From positions 6,368 through 70,367 of the IMG/VR virus record IMGVR_UViG_3300005563_000035: a stretch of 64,000 bases of DNA. One strand, 5' to 3'. The DNA comes from a virus. Under the pieces are notes generated by a model that searched no databases, was not told the origin of the DNA, and saw only the letters and a list, made by a program, of their open reading frames with translations. Numbering within the stretch: position 1 is the stretch's first letter; each line of letters starts with the position of its first letter. Made by a program: the position numbers and the translations under genes. Of the stretch, positions 47,364 through 56,005 are shown in pieces.

Positions 47364-47578
47364 GCGGAACGAAGTTGTGGCTGTCGCCGTGTCTTGGCGG
47401 GGGCAACATCGACCCCGGCGCAGACGGCCTCGTAGTGTGCGCGTTCGAGCTTGACGGCGCCACTGATCGGCAGCCGGTAAGCTCGCCAGAAGCCGCGCTC
47501 GTGCAGGTAGCGGAGCTGGGCGGCCGGCTGGCGGTAGCCGGTGATCTCGACGAGTTCCTCGGCGGGGACGGTCAGCAC
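47360..47578 (-). CDS. Excisionase-like protein (DUF4224)
   Basis: EL.EITGY..PA.Q...L...G; immediately upstream of int. Confidence 0.75.
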   Translation of the reverse strand: MLTVPAEELVEITGYRQPAAQLRYLHERGFWRAYRLPISGAVKLERAHYEAVCAGVDVAPAKTRRQPQLRSA

Positions 47579-48144
47579 GGCTTCACCCCCTCATCAGCAT
47601 CCCGCTTGAACATCCACGGCTTCACTTCAAACGTCTCGACGATTTCACCGTCAACAAACGGCTCAAGGATCACCGAGTCGTTCCGCTTGCTCGGCCCTTC
47701 GAAGAACAGGACGCGCGCGCCGCGTGAGAAGTGAATTGAGTGGATCTCTTGCGCAGTCATGGAGTAGCACTCGCCGGCCGAGTAGGTGGTGTCCTGGTAG
47801 ATGAACCGCTCTACGCCTGCGCGGCTCACGGTGTATTCGCCGCAAGCACCACCGTAGGTTAGGACAGATCGCATGAAGTGATCCGCTGATCGGTTGGCCT
47901 CGTAGGACTGACGCCAGACTCGGTTTCGCACCTCGCCGGCCAGAACCCAGCACTGAAAGTCGAACCTGTGGCTGTGCGGAGTGATCTCCTCCTGATGGTC
48001 ACGACTGCATTCGAACAGTCGGATGCAGCCGTGCCCTCGGCCGCCTATCAGGCTGCTTGTCAGGCCGGGCAGCGCATAGTTGCGGATTCGCGAATGCGCC
48101 ATGCCAGCGAGCGCAGCAACATCGAAGTTTCTTGCTTCCATCAA
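47572..48144 (-). CDS. Hypothetical protein, cupin-like
   Basis: PHSHRFDF...VL.G...IHSI.F motifs. Confidence 0.6.
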   Translation of the reverse strand: MMEARNFDVAALAGMAHSRIRNYALPGLTSSLIGGRGHGCIRLFECSRDHQEEITPHSHRFDFQCWVLAGEVRNRVWRQSYEANRSADHFMRSVLTYGGACGEYTVSRAGVERFIYQDTTYSAGECYSMTAQEIHSIHFSRGARVLFFEGPSKRNDSVILEPFVDGEIVETFEVKPWMFKRDADEGVKPC

Positions 48145-48311
48145 GCCACCCCCTCATCAGCCAGCGCGCGGATGCGATTTGCCGAGTCCTCGCAGGCATA
48201 TTTGCCGTCCTGGCCGTGCCATTCGTTCGCGTTGTCATCGCACAGCTTCGCAGCCTCCTCAAGGATTTGTCGCCGCAAGATGGCGTATTGCTCTGGTGTC
48301 AGATTGAACAT
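48141..48311 (-). CDS. Small hypothetical protein
   Basis: Read manually: MFNLTPEQ...LEEAAKLCD...ANRIRAL; common phage early-gene motif. Confidence 0.5.
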   Translation of the reverse strand: MFNLTPEQYAILRRQILEEAAKLCDDNANEWHGQDGKYACEDSANRIRALADEGVA

Positions 48312-48835
48312 GTGGGATGCACCTCGCGTTTAGCCTGCAGATATGCCGCTGCAGCAGCTTCCTTGCTTGGAAACTGACCAAGGTAGTGGCACTTGCCATT
48401 GAACTTGATGCGAGCGATGAAGACACTCTTCCTCTTGTTCCATTGAACTCCCATCAAGCCAGTCTTGCTGTCCGCACGAACCTTCCTCTGGTTCTGCATG
48501 TTCTCCGAGAAATTGACTAGCCGCAGGTTCTCAATTCGGTTGTCATTCCGAACCCCGTTGATGTGGTCAATGAATCCTTTCGGCCACTCCCCGTACACAT
48601 ACAGCCATGCCAATCGATGGGCTCTCACCTTTGCGCCTGCCACCGAAATATTGGTGTAACCACGAACGTTAGAGCCAGCGACTGAGCCAGCGGGCGCATT
48701 CGAACTCCTGCGTTCCATCCAATGGAAGAGTCCAGTTTCTCCGTCGTATGAAAGGATGCGCAACAGCTCAGCCCGGCTAAGCGGGAAAGCCGCCTCTGCT
48801 TCCAAGACCTTCTTCAAGACTTGGCTGTCGCTCAT
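48299..48835 (-). CDS. HNH homing endonuclease with AP2-like domain
   Basis: AHRLAW.Y..G.WP...IDHING.R.DNRI.NLR; GV.W.......A.I.......LG.F...E.A..AY. Confidence 0.9.
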   Translation of the reverse strand: MSDSQVLKKVLEAEAAFPLSRAELLRILSYDGETGLFHWMERRSSNAPAGSVAGSNVRGYTNISVAGAKVRAHRLAWLYVYGEWPKGFIDHINGVRNDNRIENLRLVNFSENMQNQRKVRADSKTGLMGVQWNKRKSVFIARIKFNGKCHYLGQFPSKEAAAAAYLQAKREVHPTCSI

Positions 48836-49203
48836 TTGCTTGCTTCCTCAGTAGGAGTGGCGGGGAGGGGCATCCAGTGGGTTGCAGGCCAGTACGTGGC
48901 ATTGAAGTGCCCAAAACCAGTGAAGCCATGCTTTTCAATTGATGTACGCCACCAATCGACCTTTTGGAGCCCATCGCGATCCTTGCCGGGCGCGAACCTG
49001 CCGAGAAGCACAGACGTCCCATCCTTCGGCGCCGTCTCAATCAGCAGCCACTTCTGCTCACCCCCTTCAAGGTGAGCAAGGAGAGCGGATCGGGCAGGTT
49101 GCCAAGCTGCGTCGTCGCCGGTCGCCCAGCTATCGCGCATCATCTTCTCAGCCAGTTGCATGCCCTTGCGCGTGAACTCATTCATGTTGCATCCCCTCGT
49201 CAC
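48832..49203 (-). CDS. DUF551-like early protein
   Basis: W..IETAPKDGT.VLL...THWMPLP..P. Confidence 0.75.
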   Translation of the reverse strand: MTRGCNMNEFTRKGMQLAEKMMRDSWATGDDAAWQPARSALLAHLEGGEQKWLLIETAPKDGTSVLLGRFAPGKDRDGLQKVDWWRTSIEKHGFTGFGHFNATYWPATHWMPLPATPTEEASK

Positions 49204-49543
49204 CCTTGGATGACTGAGCGCGGGCGAGTTGCTCCATCGTCGTGATGTTGACGCAGCTCACCATGTTCCAGCCCCTGGCGAATCGGTCTGCGGTCATATA
49301 GTCGGCCGCAAGATCGAACGTCACGTTCTCAATCACGCACGCGCCACCGGAGTTGAAGACCGACCAAGTGCCGTCGTACTTGCCCGCCTCTTCGCTCACC
49401 GCAGGCTGTACCTGCAAGTCGAGAAGATCGGCCGCCCGCTGCATCAGTGGAATGAGCGATGACAGCGGGATCGACGCCTTGACGCGAATCTTCATGCACG
49501 CGTCACGCAGTTCCTCGGCCAGCCTTGTTGCTTGGTTGCTCAC
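49178..49543 (-). CDS. Hypothetical protein
   Basis: Packed ORF in the leftward operon. Confidence 0.5.
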   Translation of the reverse strand: MSNQATRLAEELRDACMKIRVKASIPLSSLIPLMQRAADLLDLQVQPAVSEEAGKYDGTWSVFNSGGACVIENVTFDLAADYMTADRFARGWNMVSCVNITTMEQLARAQSSKGDEGMQHE

Positions 49544-49734
49544 GTTGATTCCTTCAGGGCTTTCCGGACTTCCTCACGCACGATTCGGCGCAGGACTTCC
49601 TCATCGATCAGCCGATCAGTCTGGCCGTACTGCGGCGCCGGGCGCTTCGGAATCTGTTGGAATTCGATGCGGCCGATAAAGCAGCGGCAGTTCTCGCTTC
49701 CGTTGCCACACTTGAAGCAGTGATAGTTGCTCAC
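49540..49734 (-). CDS. Small Cys-containing hypothetical protein
   Basis: GTGA-coupled; CFKCG...C.C. Confidence 0.5.
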   Translation of the reverse strand: MSNYHCFKCGNGSENCRCFIGRIEFQQIPKRPAPQYGQTDRLIDEEVLRRIVREEVRKALKEST

Positions 49735-50321
49735 TTCCCAACCCCCTCGTCAGTCGAAGCCCGGGCGGTGTCGATGGCGGCGCGGGCTATTCCGCGGATT
49801 TCGGTCATGCGAGGCTGAAGATCGCGAGCGGCGCGTGTCTCGTTGCAGATGCTGGCGACAGACGCCAACGCCTCGTGCAGCCTGTCCCGATCCGCCCGCA
49901 AGGCTTCGACTTCCGCCATCAGAGCATTGACCTTCGTATTCGCTTCCTGCCAGGCAATGCTGATGTCAACACCGGCTTGGGTCATGCGCTCGACTTCCCT
50001 GCGCAGCTCGGCTGCGTCGGCGAACGCGCCATAGAAGCTGCGCTTGTAGTCCTCCAGATTCGTCTCGGCTTCGACGGCCCGCAGTTGCAACTCGTCCAGC
50101 GCTGATTGAGCTGGTGCGTGGGGGGGGCGACGGTTCCACTTGTCGGCGGACGATTGGCCGCAACCGCACTCCAGGCAAGCGACATGCGGCCACGGCGTTT
50201 GATCGCTCGACGGCGCGTTCATGTAGACCTTGAGACTCAATGAGCCGCAGAACGGGCACGGCAGCAGGGTTGGAAGTTGCTCAGCCACGGCCTCACCACC
50301 AGTTGTCGGTGTCGTCTTCAT
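49731..50321 (-). CDS. Lar-family (restriction alleviation) Zn-finger protein with coiled coil
   Basis: LLPCPFCG...V.C..CG....WNRR. Confidence 0.7.
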   Translation of the reverse strand: MKTTPTTGGEAVAEQLPTLLPCPFCGSLSLKVYMNAPSSDQTPWPHVACLECGCGQSSADKWNRRPPHAPAQSALDELQLRAVEAETNLEDYKRSFYGAFADAAELRREVERMTQAGVDISIAWQEANTKVNALMAEVEALRADRDRLHEALASVASICNETRAARDLQPRMTEIRGIARAAIDTARASTDEGVGK

Positions 50322-50619
50322 GACGCGCTTCCTCCATCGAAAGGTTGACCTTGATCGCGTAGACCTCGACCGGCTTGCCGCCAAAGTGAGGATGCGTGAT
50401 CTGCTCGCACCGCATGCCGCGCCACGGACGGCTGATGCGGCGTTCGGCGTCGTCTGCGGCCGGATAGCCCATCGTCAGCTCGATGCGATCGAAGGTCTTG
50501 CCCTCCAGGCGCTTGCGCCAGAAGTCCGTGCAGAGCCGGTACTCATAGGCCTTGTCGCCGGCCTTGATCGCCTCGAAATACTCGCGCTTGAGCGGCAGGT
50601 GCAGAACGCGCTCAGCCAC
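50293..50619 (-). CDS. ASCH/PUA-like domain protein
   Basis: LHLPLK.EYF.AIK.G.K..EYR...GY. Confidence 0.75.
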   Translation of the reverse strand: MAERVLHLPLKREYFEAIKAGDKAYEYRLCTDFWRKRLEGKTFDRIELTMGYPAADDAERRISRPWRGMRCEQITHPHFGGKPVEVYAIKVNLSMEEARHEDDTDNWW

Positions 50620-51706
50620 GGCCTTCTCCGAGCCGCCAGCCGTTCTTCGCGGCGAGAGCGCGGGTGATGTCTTCGGCATAGGAGACGATTTCCGCGTTGT
50701 CCGGCCCATCCGAGCGATGCGCCCAGAGCTGGATGATCTCCTTGACCGTCAGCCCCTGCACTTCCATGCTCGCTGCGGGAGAGGGGCTGTCGTTTTGGCC
50801 GCGCGTTTTGATTGCGGCGACACCGTTGGTCGGCACATCGGCGGGTCGCCAGATGTGGCCGCAGCCGTGGCACAGGTGCGAGTGGTGCGGCGGGTTCGTC
50901 CAGCGTTCCTCGCCGAACGGCACTTGGCCATCGGCTTCCGGCGCATCGATGTGCTGCAGGCCGCACGCGGGGCAGTGCAGCACCATGTCGATTGGTTCCA
51001 CCGCCTTCTGTGCCTCGGGCTCGGGGGGCGGCGTGCTGGTCGTGCCTTCGCTGCCGCCGGGCCCCATGATCCATGAGGCAAAGCCCGCGCTTGCCTCTTC
51101 GGGCGTGCGCTTGGCCATCGCCTCTACCGCCCGTTCAGCCAGTGCGAGCAACTCGGGATCGTCCGCCGCCTCGGCTCCCTTGGAAGCAGCAGGCGCAGGA
51201 GAAGCGGCGCGCTCGGTGTAGCCAGCCCAATATGCGTCGCGCATGTCCTGTTTGGTGTACGCCGGCCTCCGGCCATCCCGGCGGTCGGGCTCGTGACAAC
51301 CGAGCCAGCCTTCAAACCGGGTATCACCAACGCAGGTCGGCACTTCACCCACCGGGGTGGATGCCATGGAGGCGAGGATCGTGTTCGGCGGTACGGGGGC
51401 GGCACTGATGAACGCCGCAGCCATGTTCCTGTATCGATCGCCGCTTTCGCCGTCCGCTTTCGCCATTGCCAGTCGCTGCTTGGTCGTGGCGACAGTCGGA
51501 ACGAGCATCCAGCCGGCGGCAGCAAGCTCGGGGATCAACTTCGACACTTCGACGGGGGCAGGAGCCTGGCGGGCGCGGAGGCCGGCTTCCAGCTTTGACT
51601 GCGCAATCTCGACGCATTCGGCGGTCGCTACGCCACCATCACGCTCAAGCGCTACAACGGCTCGCCGGTAGTCTTCGATCAGGTCTTTGATGGTCTTCTC
51701 GGTCAT
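50612..51706 (-). CDS. Mosaic early protein (Ea22-like modular)
   Basis: Several modules including PIDMVLHCP.CG.QHID.P...W.NPPH.SHLC..CG. Confidence 0.65.
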   Translation of the reverse strand: MTEKTIKDLIEDYRRAVVALERDGGVATAECVEIAQSKLEAGLRARQAPAPVEVSKLIPELAAAGWMLVPTVATTKQRLAMAKADGESGDRYRNMAAAFISAAPVPPNTILASMASTPVGEVPTCVGDTRFEGWLGCHEPDRRDGRRPAYTKQDMRDAYWAGYTERAASPAPAASKGAEAADDPELLALAERAVEAMAKRTPEEASAGFASWIMGPGGSEGTTSTPPPEPEAQKAVEPIDMVLHCPACGLQHIDAPEADGQVPFGEERWTNPPHHSHLCHGCGHIWRPADVPTNGVAAIKTRGQNDSPSPAASMEVQGLTVKEIIQLWAHRSDGPDNAEIVSYAEDITRALAAKNGWRLGEGRG

Positions 51707-51717
51707 TGGTGCTTCCT

Positions 51718-52116
51718 TCAGGGCTTGAGGGCGGCGTCGAGAATTTGGCAGGCGACGCAATCGGGATCGCGCACGTCGGGGCCTTCAATTTCATCCGGGC
51801 ACAGACCGTTGAAGACATGCTTGATCTTGCCGGTTGCAACGTCCCGCAACCGCTCCACTTGCGCCTCCAGCTTGGCGTTGTGTGCCTGCGATTCGGCAAG
51901 GAGGCGAGTGGCGTCGGCCGTGCAAAGGGTTTGCAGGCACATACCGGCAGTCACCGGGGCGGATGCCGCAGCAGCAAGGCGGTCGACAGTCATGTGGAAC
52001 GCGATGCGCGCCGCGATCGTGCGCTCATGGTTCCGGCCGTAGTTGACGGTCTCGTCCCCGATGACCACCTGCGCCGCCTTGACCTCTTCGGCCAGCCTCG
52101 ACACTTCTATGGTCAT
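51718..52116 (-). CDS. Hypothetical protein
   Basis: AAGGAG RBS; H...GLCPD......RDPDC.AC module. Confidence 0.55.
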   Translation of the reverse strand: MTIEVSRLAEEVKAAQVVIGDETVNYGRNHERTIAARIAFHMTVDRLAAAASAPVTAGMCLQTLCTADATRLLAESQAHNAKLEAQVERLRDVATGKIKHVFNGLCPDEIEGPDVRDPDCVACQILDAALKP

Positions 52117-52249
52117 GCGGATTGCTCCTTTTCTGGCGGCGCCTTGTATGGGTACGTGAAAAGCACGCGCTTTGTGCAGTCGGCGCATACCCAGTGAGTC
52201 ACTCCCTGCGTCCAATAATGCTCATGCTGCTTTAGCTTGCGCTGTTTCT

Positions 52250-52981
52250 TCATGGGCTCACCCCTTGCAGTGTTGCTTGAATGAATCGCGCCGCGACCTG
52301 CGGGACGATGGCATTGCGGGCGGCATCAGTTGCCGCCACGCATCGGGGAATCCCATCGTCCACAACTCGAAACCTGGCAAGTGCTTGTTGCCATCCGGCG
52401 TTCCACGGAAGTAGTTGCTCGAGCCGCCCCATTCGTCGATCCGGCCCGACACATGGTTCTTGCCGTGATTGCTCGTTCCGCTCGGTGTCGGAAGCAACCC
52501 ACCAGAGGCGGTCACGTCGATGCGGGGCACCAGCGCTCGCGGCTTCGATTGGGATCGCCCCAAAGGCGAAACCCACGGCTTCCAGATCACTTTGCACAAG
52601 TGCGAGCCAGTCAGCAGAACTCGCAACCTGCTCTCCAAAGACGATTGCAGGGCGGCACTGCTCGATGAGATGGAAGAAGGCCGGCCATAGGTGCCGCTCG
52701 TCAGCAAACCCAGACTTCTTGCCTTGGACGCTGAAAGGTTGGCAAGGGCAGGAGCCGGTCCAAACAGGTCGCGTGTCGTCCCACCCGGCCATTCGCAGCG
52801 CAAGCGACCAGCCGCCGATGCCGGCGAAGAAGTGGCACTGCGTGAATCCTCGCAGGTCGTCGGGGAAAACATCCTCGATGCTCCGTTCATCGACAACGCC
52901 AGGCGCGATGTGGCCGGCGTCGATCAGGTTGCGCAGCCATGCGGCGGCGTAGGGATCGATCTCGTTGTAGTAGGCCGTCAC
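52250..52981 (-). CDS. DNA cytosine-C5 methyltransferase, main (alpha-like) polypeptide
   Basis: Motifs FFAGIGG (I), GSCPCQPFS (IV), EQV (VI), H.RDR (VIII), NAIVPQVA (X). Confidence 0.88.
   Translation of the reverse strand: MTAYYNEIDPYAAAWLRNLIDAGHIAPGVVDERSIEDVFPDDLRGFTQCHFFAGIGGWSLALRMAGWDDTRPVWTGSCPCQPFSVQGKKSGFADERHLWPAFFHLIEQCRPAIVFGEQVASSADWLALVQSDLEAVGFAFGAIPIEAASAGAPHRRDRLWWVASDTERNEQSRQEPCVGPDRRMGRLEQLLPWNAGWQQALARFRVVDDGIPRCVAATDAARNAIVPQVAARFIQATLQGVSP
52258..52896 (-). CDS. Nested alternative-frame ORF carrying MTase TRD/motif IX (beta-like polypeptide); true start uncertain
   Basis: LLPTP and ELWTMGFPDAW (motif IX-like), both absent from the main frame. Confidence 0.6.
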   Translation of the reverse strand: MSMNGASRMFSPTTCEDSRSATSSPASAAGRLRCEWPGGTTRDLFGPAPALANLSASKARSLGLLTSGTYGRPSSISSSSAALQSSLESRLRVLLTGSHLCKVIWKPWVSPLGRSQSKPRALVPRIDVTASGGLLPTPSGTSNHGKNHVSGRIDEWGGSSNYFRGTPDGNKHLPGFELWTMGFPDAWRQLMPPAMPSSRRSRRDSFKQHCKG

Positions 52982-53032
52982 GCCCGCCCCGCCGTATGCT
53001 TCTCGCTCATCTCGTTGTCTCCTGGGGTGGGG

Positions 53033-53491
53033 TTAGGCGGCGCGAGCGTCTTTTTCCCGGTTGGAGTCGAGGCCGCGCATCAGACCCCGCACGAACGACA
53101 TGTGGCGCTTAGCCGAAGCCTCGATGTCGGCCATTTCCTCGGCAGTCGGTTCGTAGTCCTCGTCATCCATCGGCTTCCACTCGGCGAAGAACTCGCGCAG
53201 GTCGTCGGCCGCCAGCGGATGACGCTTGATCGCGGCTTCCAGCTTCTCGGGCGTGGGGCCGCCTTCCCCGAAAACCATGTCGTCCTTCAGCTCCTGCAGC
53301 AGGCGATCCGTTCCGTCGAGTTCGAACGTCCGCGTCGGGTACTTGGCCGCGGCCGCCAATCCGGCCGGCGTCGTGGAATCCGGCGAGACGTGCATCAGTC
53401 GCGTGCGCTCCTTGTTCGATCCCAGGCTCACCCAGAGGCTGGAAACGCCAGCGTCTTGCAGGCGAGCGGCGTAAATCAGAAAGTCGTTCAT
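53033..53491 (-). CDS. Hypothetical protein
   Basis: GGAG RBS; ORF with typical codon usage. Confidence 0.6.
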   Translation of the reverse strand: MNDFLIYAARLQDAGVSSLWVSLGSNKERTRLMHVSPDSTTPAGLAAAAKYPTRTFELDGTDRLLQELKDDMVFGEGGPTPEKLEAAIKRHPLAADDLREFFAEWKPMDDEDYEPTAEEMADIEASAKRHMSFVRGLMRGLDSNREKDARAA

Positions 53492-53542
53492 CTCGTTCTC
53501 CAGTTGGTAAGGGGGATCAGCAGCTCAGGCGGCTGATCGATG

Positions 53543-53800
53543 TCAGTCGTCGCTTTTCACGTAGGTACTGCCGTCATCGCAAGCCCAGGTGGTGCTGCCG
53601 ATGCCGATGCTCGGACCCTCGGGCGAATCGTGGTGGGCGACGGCCCGGCAGTGGTGCTCGGCGCGGAACTTGATCCACTCGGCGTCGCGCTCGTGCTGCG
53701 TCAGGAGGATGCAGGCGGCGATGGCCGACAGGATGACGAGGCAGACCAGCACGTAGACGTACTCCCTGCGCGTCAGATCCTTGAACTCGATGCGGCTCAT
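53543..53800 (-). CDS. Membrane-anchored hypothetical protein
   Basis: N-terminal TM; W..F...HHC...W.CDDG. Confidence 0.6.
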   Translation of the reverse strand: MSRIEFKDLTRREYVYVLVCLVILSAIAACILLTQHERDAEWIKFRAEHHCRAVAHHDSPEGPSIGIGSTTWACDDGSTYVKSDD

Positions 53801-54069
53801 TGCGCGCGTTCCTTGGATTCGCGCTCGAGACGATCAGCGGCTGCCTGGACGACTTCGCTGACGGTCATGGGCCTGCGGGCCTCACCAGCGAGTGCAGCGC
53901 GCGTGCGCTCGATGAGGTCCTCGGATCGGTTGGCTCCGGCGCGGAGGGTAGCGTCCGTCTCGGCCAGCAAGCTGCGGAAGAGGCTCGCCTCGGCCATGGC
54001 GGCGCCACGCTCGCGGCTGGCTGCAGCGGCCTCGCGGGCGTAGTAGCTGGAGGTGGTGCGGGGGTTCAT
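53797..54069 (-). CDS. Hypothetical protein
   Basis: ATGA-coupled, start MNPRTT. Confidence 0.5.
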   Translation of the reverse strand: MNPRTTSSYYAREAAAASRERGAAMAEASLFRSLLAETDATLRAGANRSEDLIERTRAALAGEARRPMTVSEVVQAAADRLERESKERAQ

Positions 54070-54257
54070 GCAAAAAGTTCCTGCTGTGCCGGCAGTTGCG
54101 CGGCGGGGATGTCGAACCACTCGATCTCGGCGGGCCACGGCTGGCGGTCGACCGGCATGGCGATGAACGAGCCCTTACGGCAAGCCTCGACATGGAGCCA
54201 GTACCAGGCGGCGGACCAGCCATCAATGGCGCGCTGAGTGAAGATCGGCGGCATCAT
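54066..54257 (-). CDS. Small hypothetical protein
   Basis: ATGA overlap with the RT stop; MMPPIFTQ...QQELFA. Confidence 0.45.
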   Translation of the reverse strand: MMPPIFTQRAIDGWSAAWYWLHVEACRKGSFIAMPVDRQPWPAEIEWFDIPAAQLPAQQELFA

Positions 54258-55615
54258 TGGTTTGCCGCCTTGCGATAGACCTTGGTGCAATCGGCATTGA
54301 CCGTGAACCCGCGCTTGCGAGCTACGTTGGCCAGGCGCGATCGCAGCGCATGGCTGGCCGGCGACTGACGCATCAGGCCGAAATAGCTGTTGATGGCGGC
54401 TGGGTAGTCCACGTCCGCGGTTGCCTCCAGGCGACGCAACGCATTGGGCAGCGCATTGGTGCGCGGCACGCGTCGCCACGGCTTGATGACGTGGCCCACG
54501 AAGTCGACGCCACGGTCTACCGGCTGCAGGACGGTCTTGCGCACATTCAGGCGCGCGCCGAGCCGAGCAGGCAAGAACTCGGCAATTCGGCCCAGCCATT
54601 CGACCAGCGCGGCGCTTGACTCATGCAACAACACGAAGTCATCGACGTAGCGCACGTATCGCGGCGCCCGCAGCCGGTGCTTGACGAATTGGTCGAGCGC
54701 GTCGAGGTGAACGTTGGCGAAGAACTGTGACGACAGATTGCCGATCGGCAGGCCCGTGTCCGCCGGCGCGTTGAACAGGCTCTTGTGTGGTGGCACCAGG
54801 CGCATGACCGCCGGCGGCGAGCGCACCTCGACGTCCTCGCGCGGATCATGGAACAAGATCGTCTCGGCCAGCACCTGCCACCATTCGCCATCAATGCGCG
54901 GCACGAGCTGCTCGCATAACACGCGCTTGTCGATGGCCACGAAGAAGTTGGCCAGGTCACACTTCAGGTAGAACGCGGGCAGACTCCAGTTGCGCGTGAC
55001 GCCGCGCGCTTGGTGCTCAAGGCGACGTGCCGCGTACAGTGTGCCGCGGCCGGGAATGCACGCGCAACTGTCTGCCACGAACGAGGCGTAGAAGCGGGGC
55101 GAGATCTGGTTGTAGAGGAGGTGGTGCACCACCCGATCGCGGAAGCCGGCCGCCCAGATCTCGCGTGGCTTTGGACGCCGCGCGACGAAGCACGTCGATC
55201 GCCCAGGCCGGTAGGCGCCTGAGACCAGATCCTCGTGCAGGTCGCACAGCTCTCGCTCTAGGTGGGCCTCGAATGCGAGGGCGCTCGCGCTGTTGCGCTT
55301 CGTGCGCCGGCAGTCCAGGTAGGCCCGGACCAGGGAGGAGAACAGGTTTGGATCTGCGGACGGCCCGAGCGCAGTTCTTGTTGTTGACGTTGTTCCAGTC
55401 CTGGTTGCCGTTGTTGAAGTTCTGCATCCAGGCGTTCGAGCCAGAGTCGCGCTATCGACGTCGCCAAGCCGAAGGCTGTCGCCGATCAGCCCGGAAACTG
55501 CACCGGACAGAGCTGGACGCGCCAGCCGGTTCCCGAGTGTGTGCGTGGCGGTGGCCTCGTGAGCCAGCGGCGCGACCAGATTCATGCGCACGGGCATGAG
55601 AGCCTTGACTGTCAT
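54254..55615 (-). CDS. brt: DGR reverse transcriptase (start uncertain: ATG 55615 coupled to avd, or a non-ATG start near 55345)
   Basis: KPREIWA..FRDRVVHH, YLKCD...FF..ID, GLPIGNLSSQFFAN (DGR-type SQ motif), RYVDDF, GVDFVG. Confidence 0.95.
   Translation of the reverse strand: MTVKALMPVRMNLVAPLAHEATATHTLGNRLARPALSGAVSGLIGDSLRLGDVDSATLARTPGCRTSTTATRTGTTSTTRTALGPSADPNLFSSLVRAYLDCRRTKRNSASALAFEAHLERELCDLHEDLVSGAYRPGRSTCFVARRPKPREIWAAGFRDRVVHHLLYNQISPRFYASFVADSCACIPGRGTLYAARRLEHQARGVTRNWSLPAFYLKCDLANFFVAIDKRVLCEQLVPRIDGEWWQVLAETILFHDPREDVEVRSPPAVMRLVPPHKSLFNAPADTGLPIGNLSSQFFANVHLDALDQFVKHRLRAPRYVRYVDDFVLLHESSAALVEWLGRIAEFLPARLGARLNVRKTVLQPVDRGVDFVGHVIKPWRRVPRTNALPNALRRLEATADVDYPAAINSYFGLMRQSPASHALRSRLANVARKRGFTVNADCTKVYRKAANQ
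55353..55442 (-). repeat. DGR template repeat (TR)
   Basis: 90 bp containing 10 AAC codons in the target frame; aligns without gaps to two VRs. Confidence 0.95.
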
Positions 55616-55977
55616 GCTGCAGGCGCCCCGTTCGCTGCGGACTTGAGCCACCCACCACCTTGCTTGCCGATGCTGTCCAGGAGCTGCACCGCGTCCGCCC
55701 ACACCTTCGTGGCCACGTAGCGGTTGTCGTGGCTCACGCGCAGCAGCACGGTCAGCGTGCGCTGGTGGGACAGCAGGTTCTCGACGTGGCGCGCCCGCTC
55801 TCCGCGCTTGGTCGCGTTGGCGAGCGCCATCTCGTCGAGCATGTCGATGCAGTGCTGGCTGATCTTCTCGCCCAGGCTACGCTTGACGCCTCGCGGCATC
55901 TGTTCCTGCGCGCGCACGGCCAGCGTCAGCAGCTGGGTACCCGTGCGGTAGATCGGCAAGTCATGGTGGAGGGCCAT
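55612..55977 (-). CDS. avd: DGR accessory variability determinant (Avd/bAvd four-helix bundle)
   Basis: LPIYR...L.......MPR..K..LG..I...LR...D......IGKQ.GGWLK; located between targets and TR/RT. Confidence 0.9.
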   Translation of the reverse strand: MALHHDLPIYRTGTQLLTLAVRAQEQMPRGVKRSLGEKISQHCIDMLDEMALANATKRGERARHVENLLSHQRTLTVLLRVSHDNRYVATKVWADAVQLLDSIGKQGGGWLKSAANGAPAA

Positions 55978-56005
55978 GGCTCAGTTCCTCAAAAGGATTG
56001 AAGGA

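Noticed and set aside
55017-55427. ORF starting MQNFNNGNQDWNNVNNKN
   Set aside because: It is the TR read in the target frame (AAC-rich) and overlaps the RT; not a separate gene
54254-55615. RT as a group II intron, retron or Abi RT
   Set aside because: No maturase/endonuclease extension or VTG retron motif; the SQ motif, avd and TR/VR pairs identify a DGR
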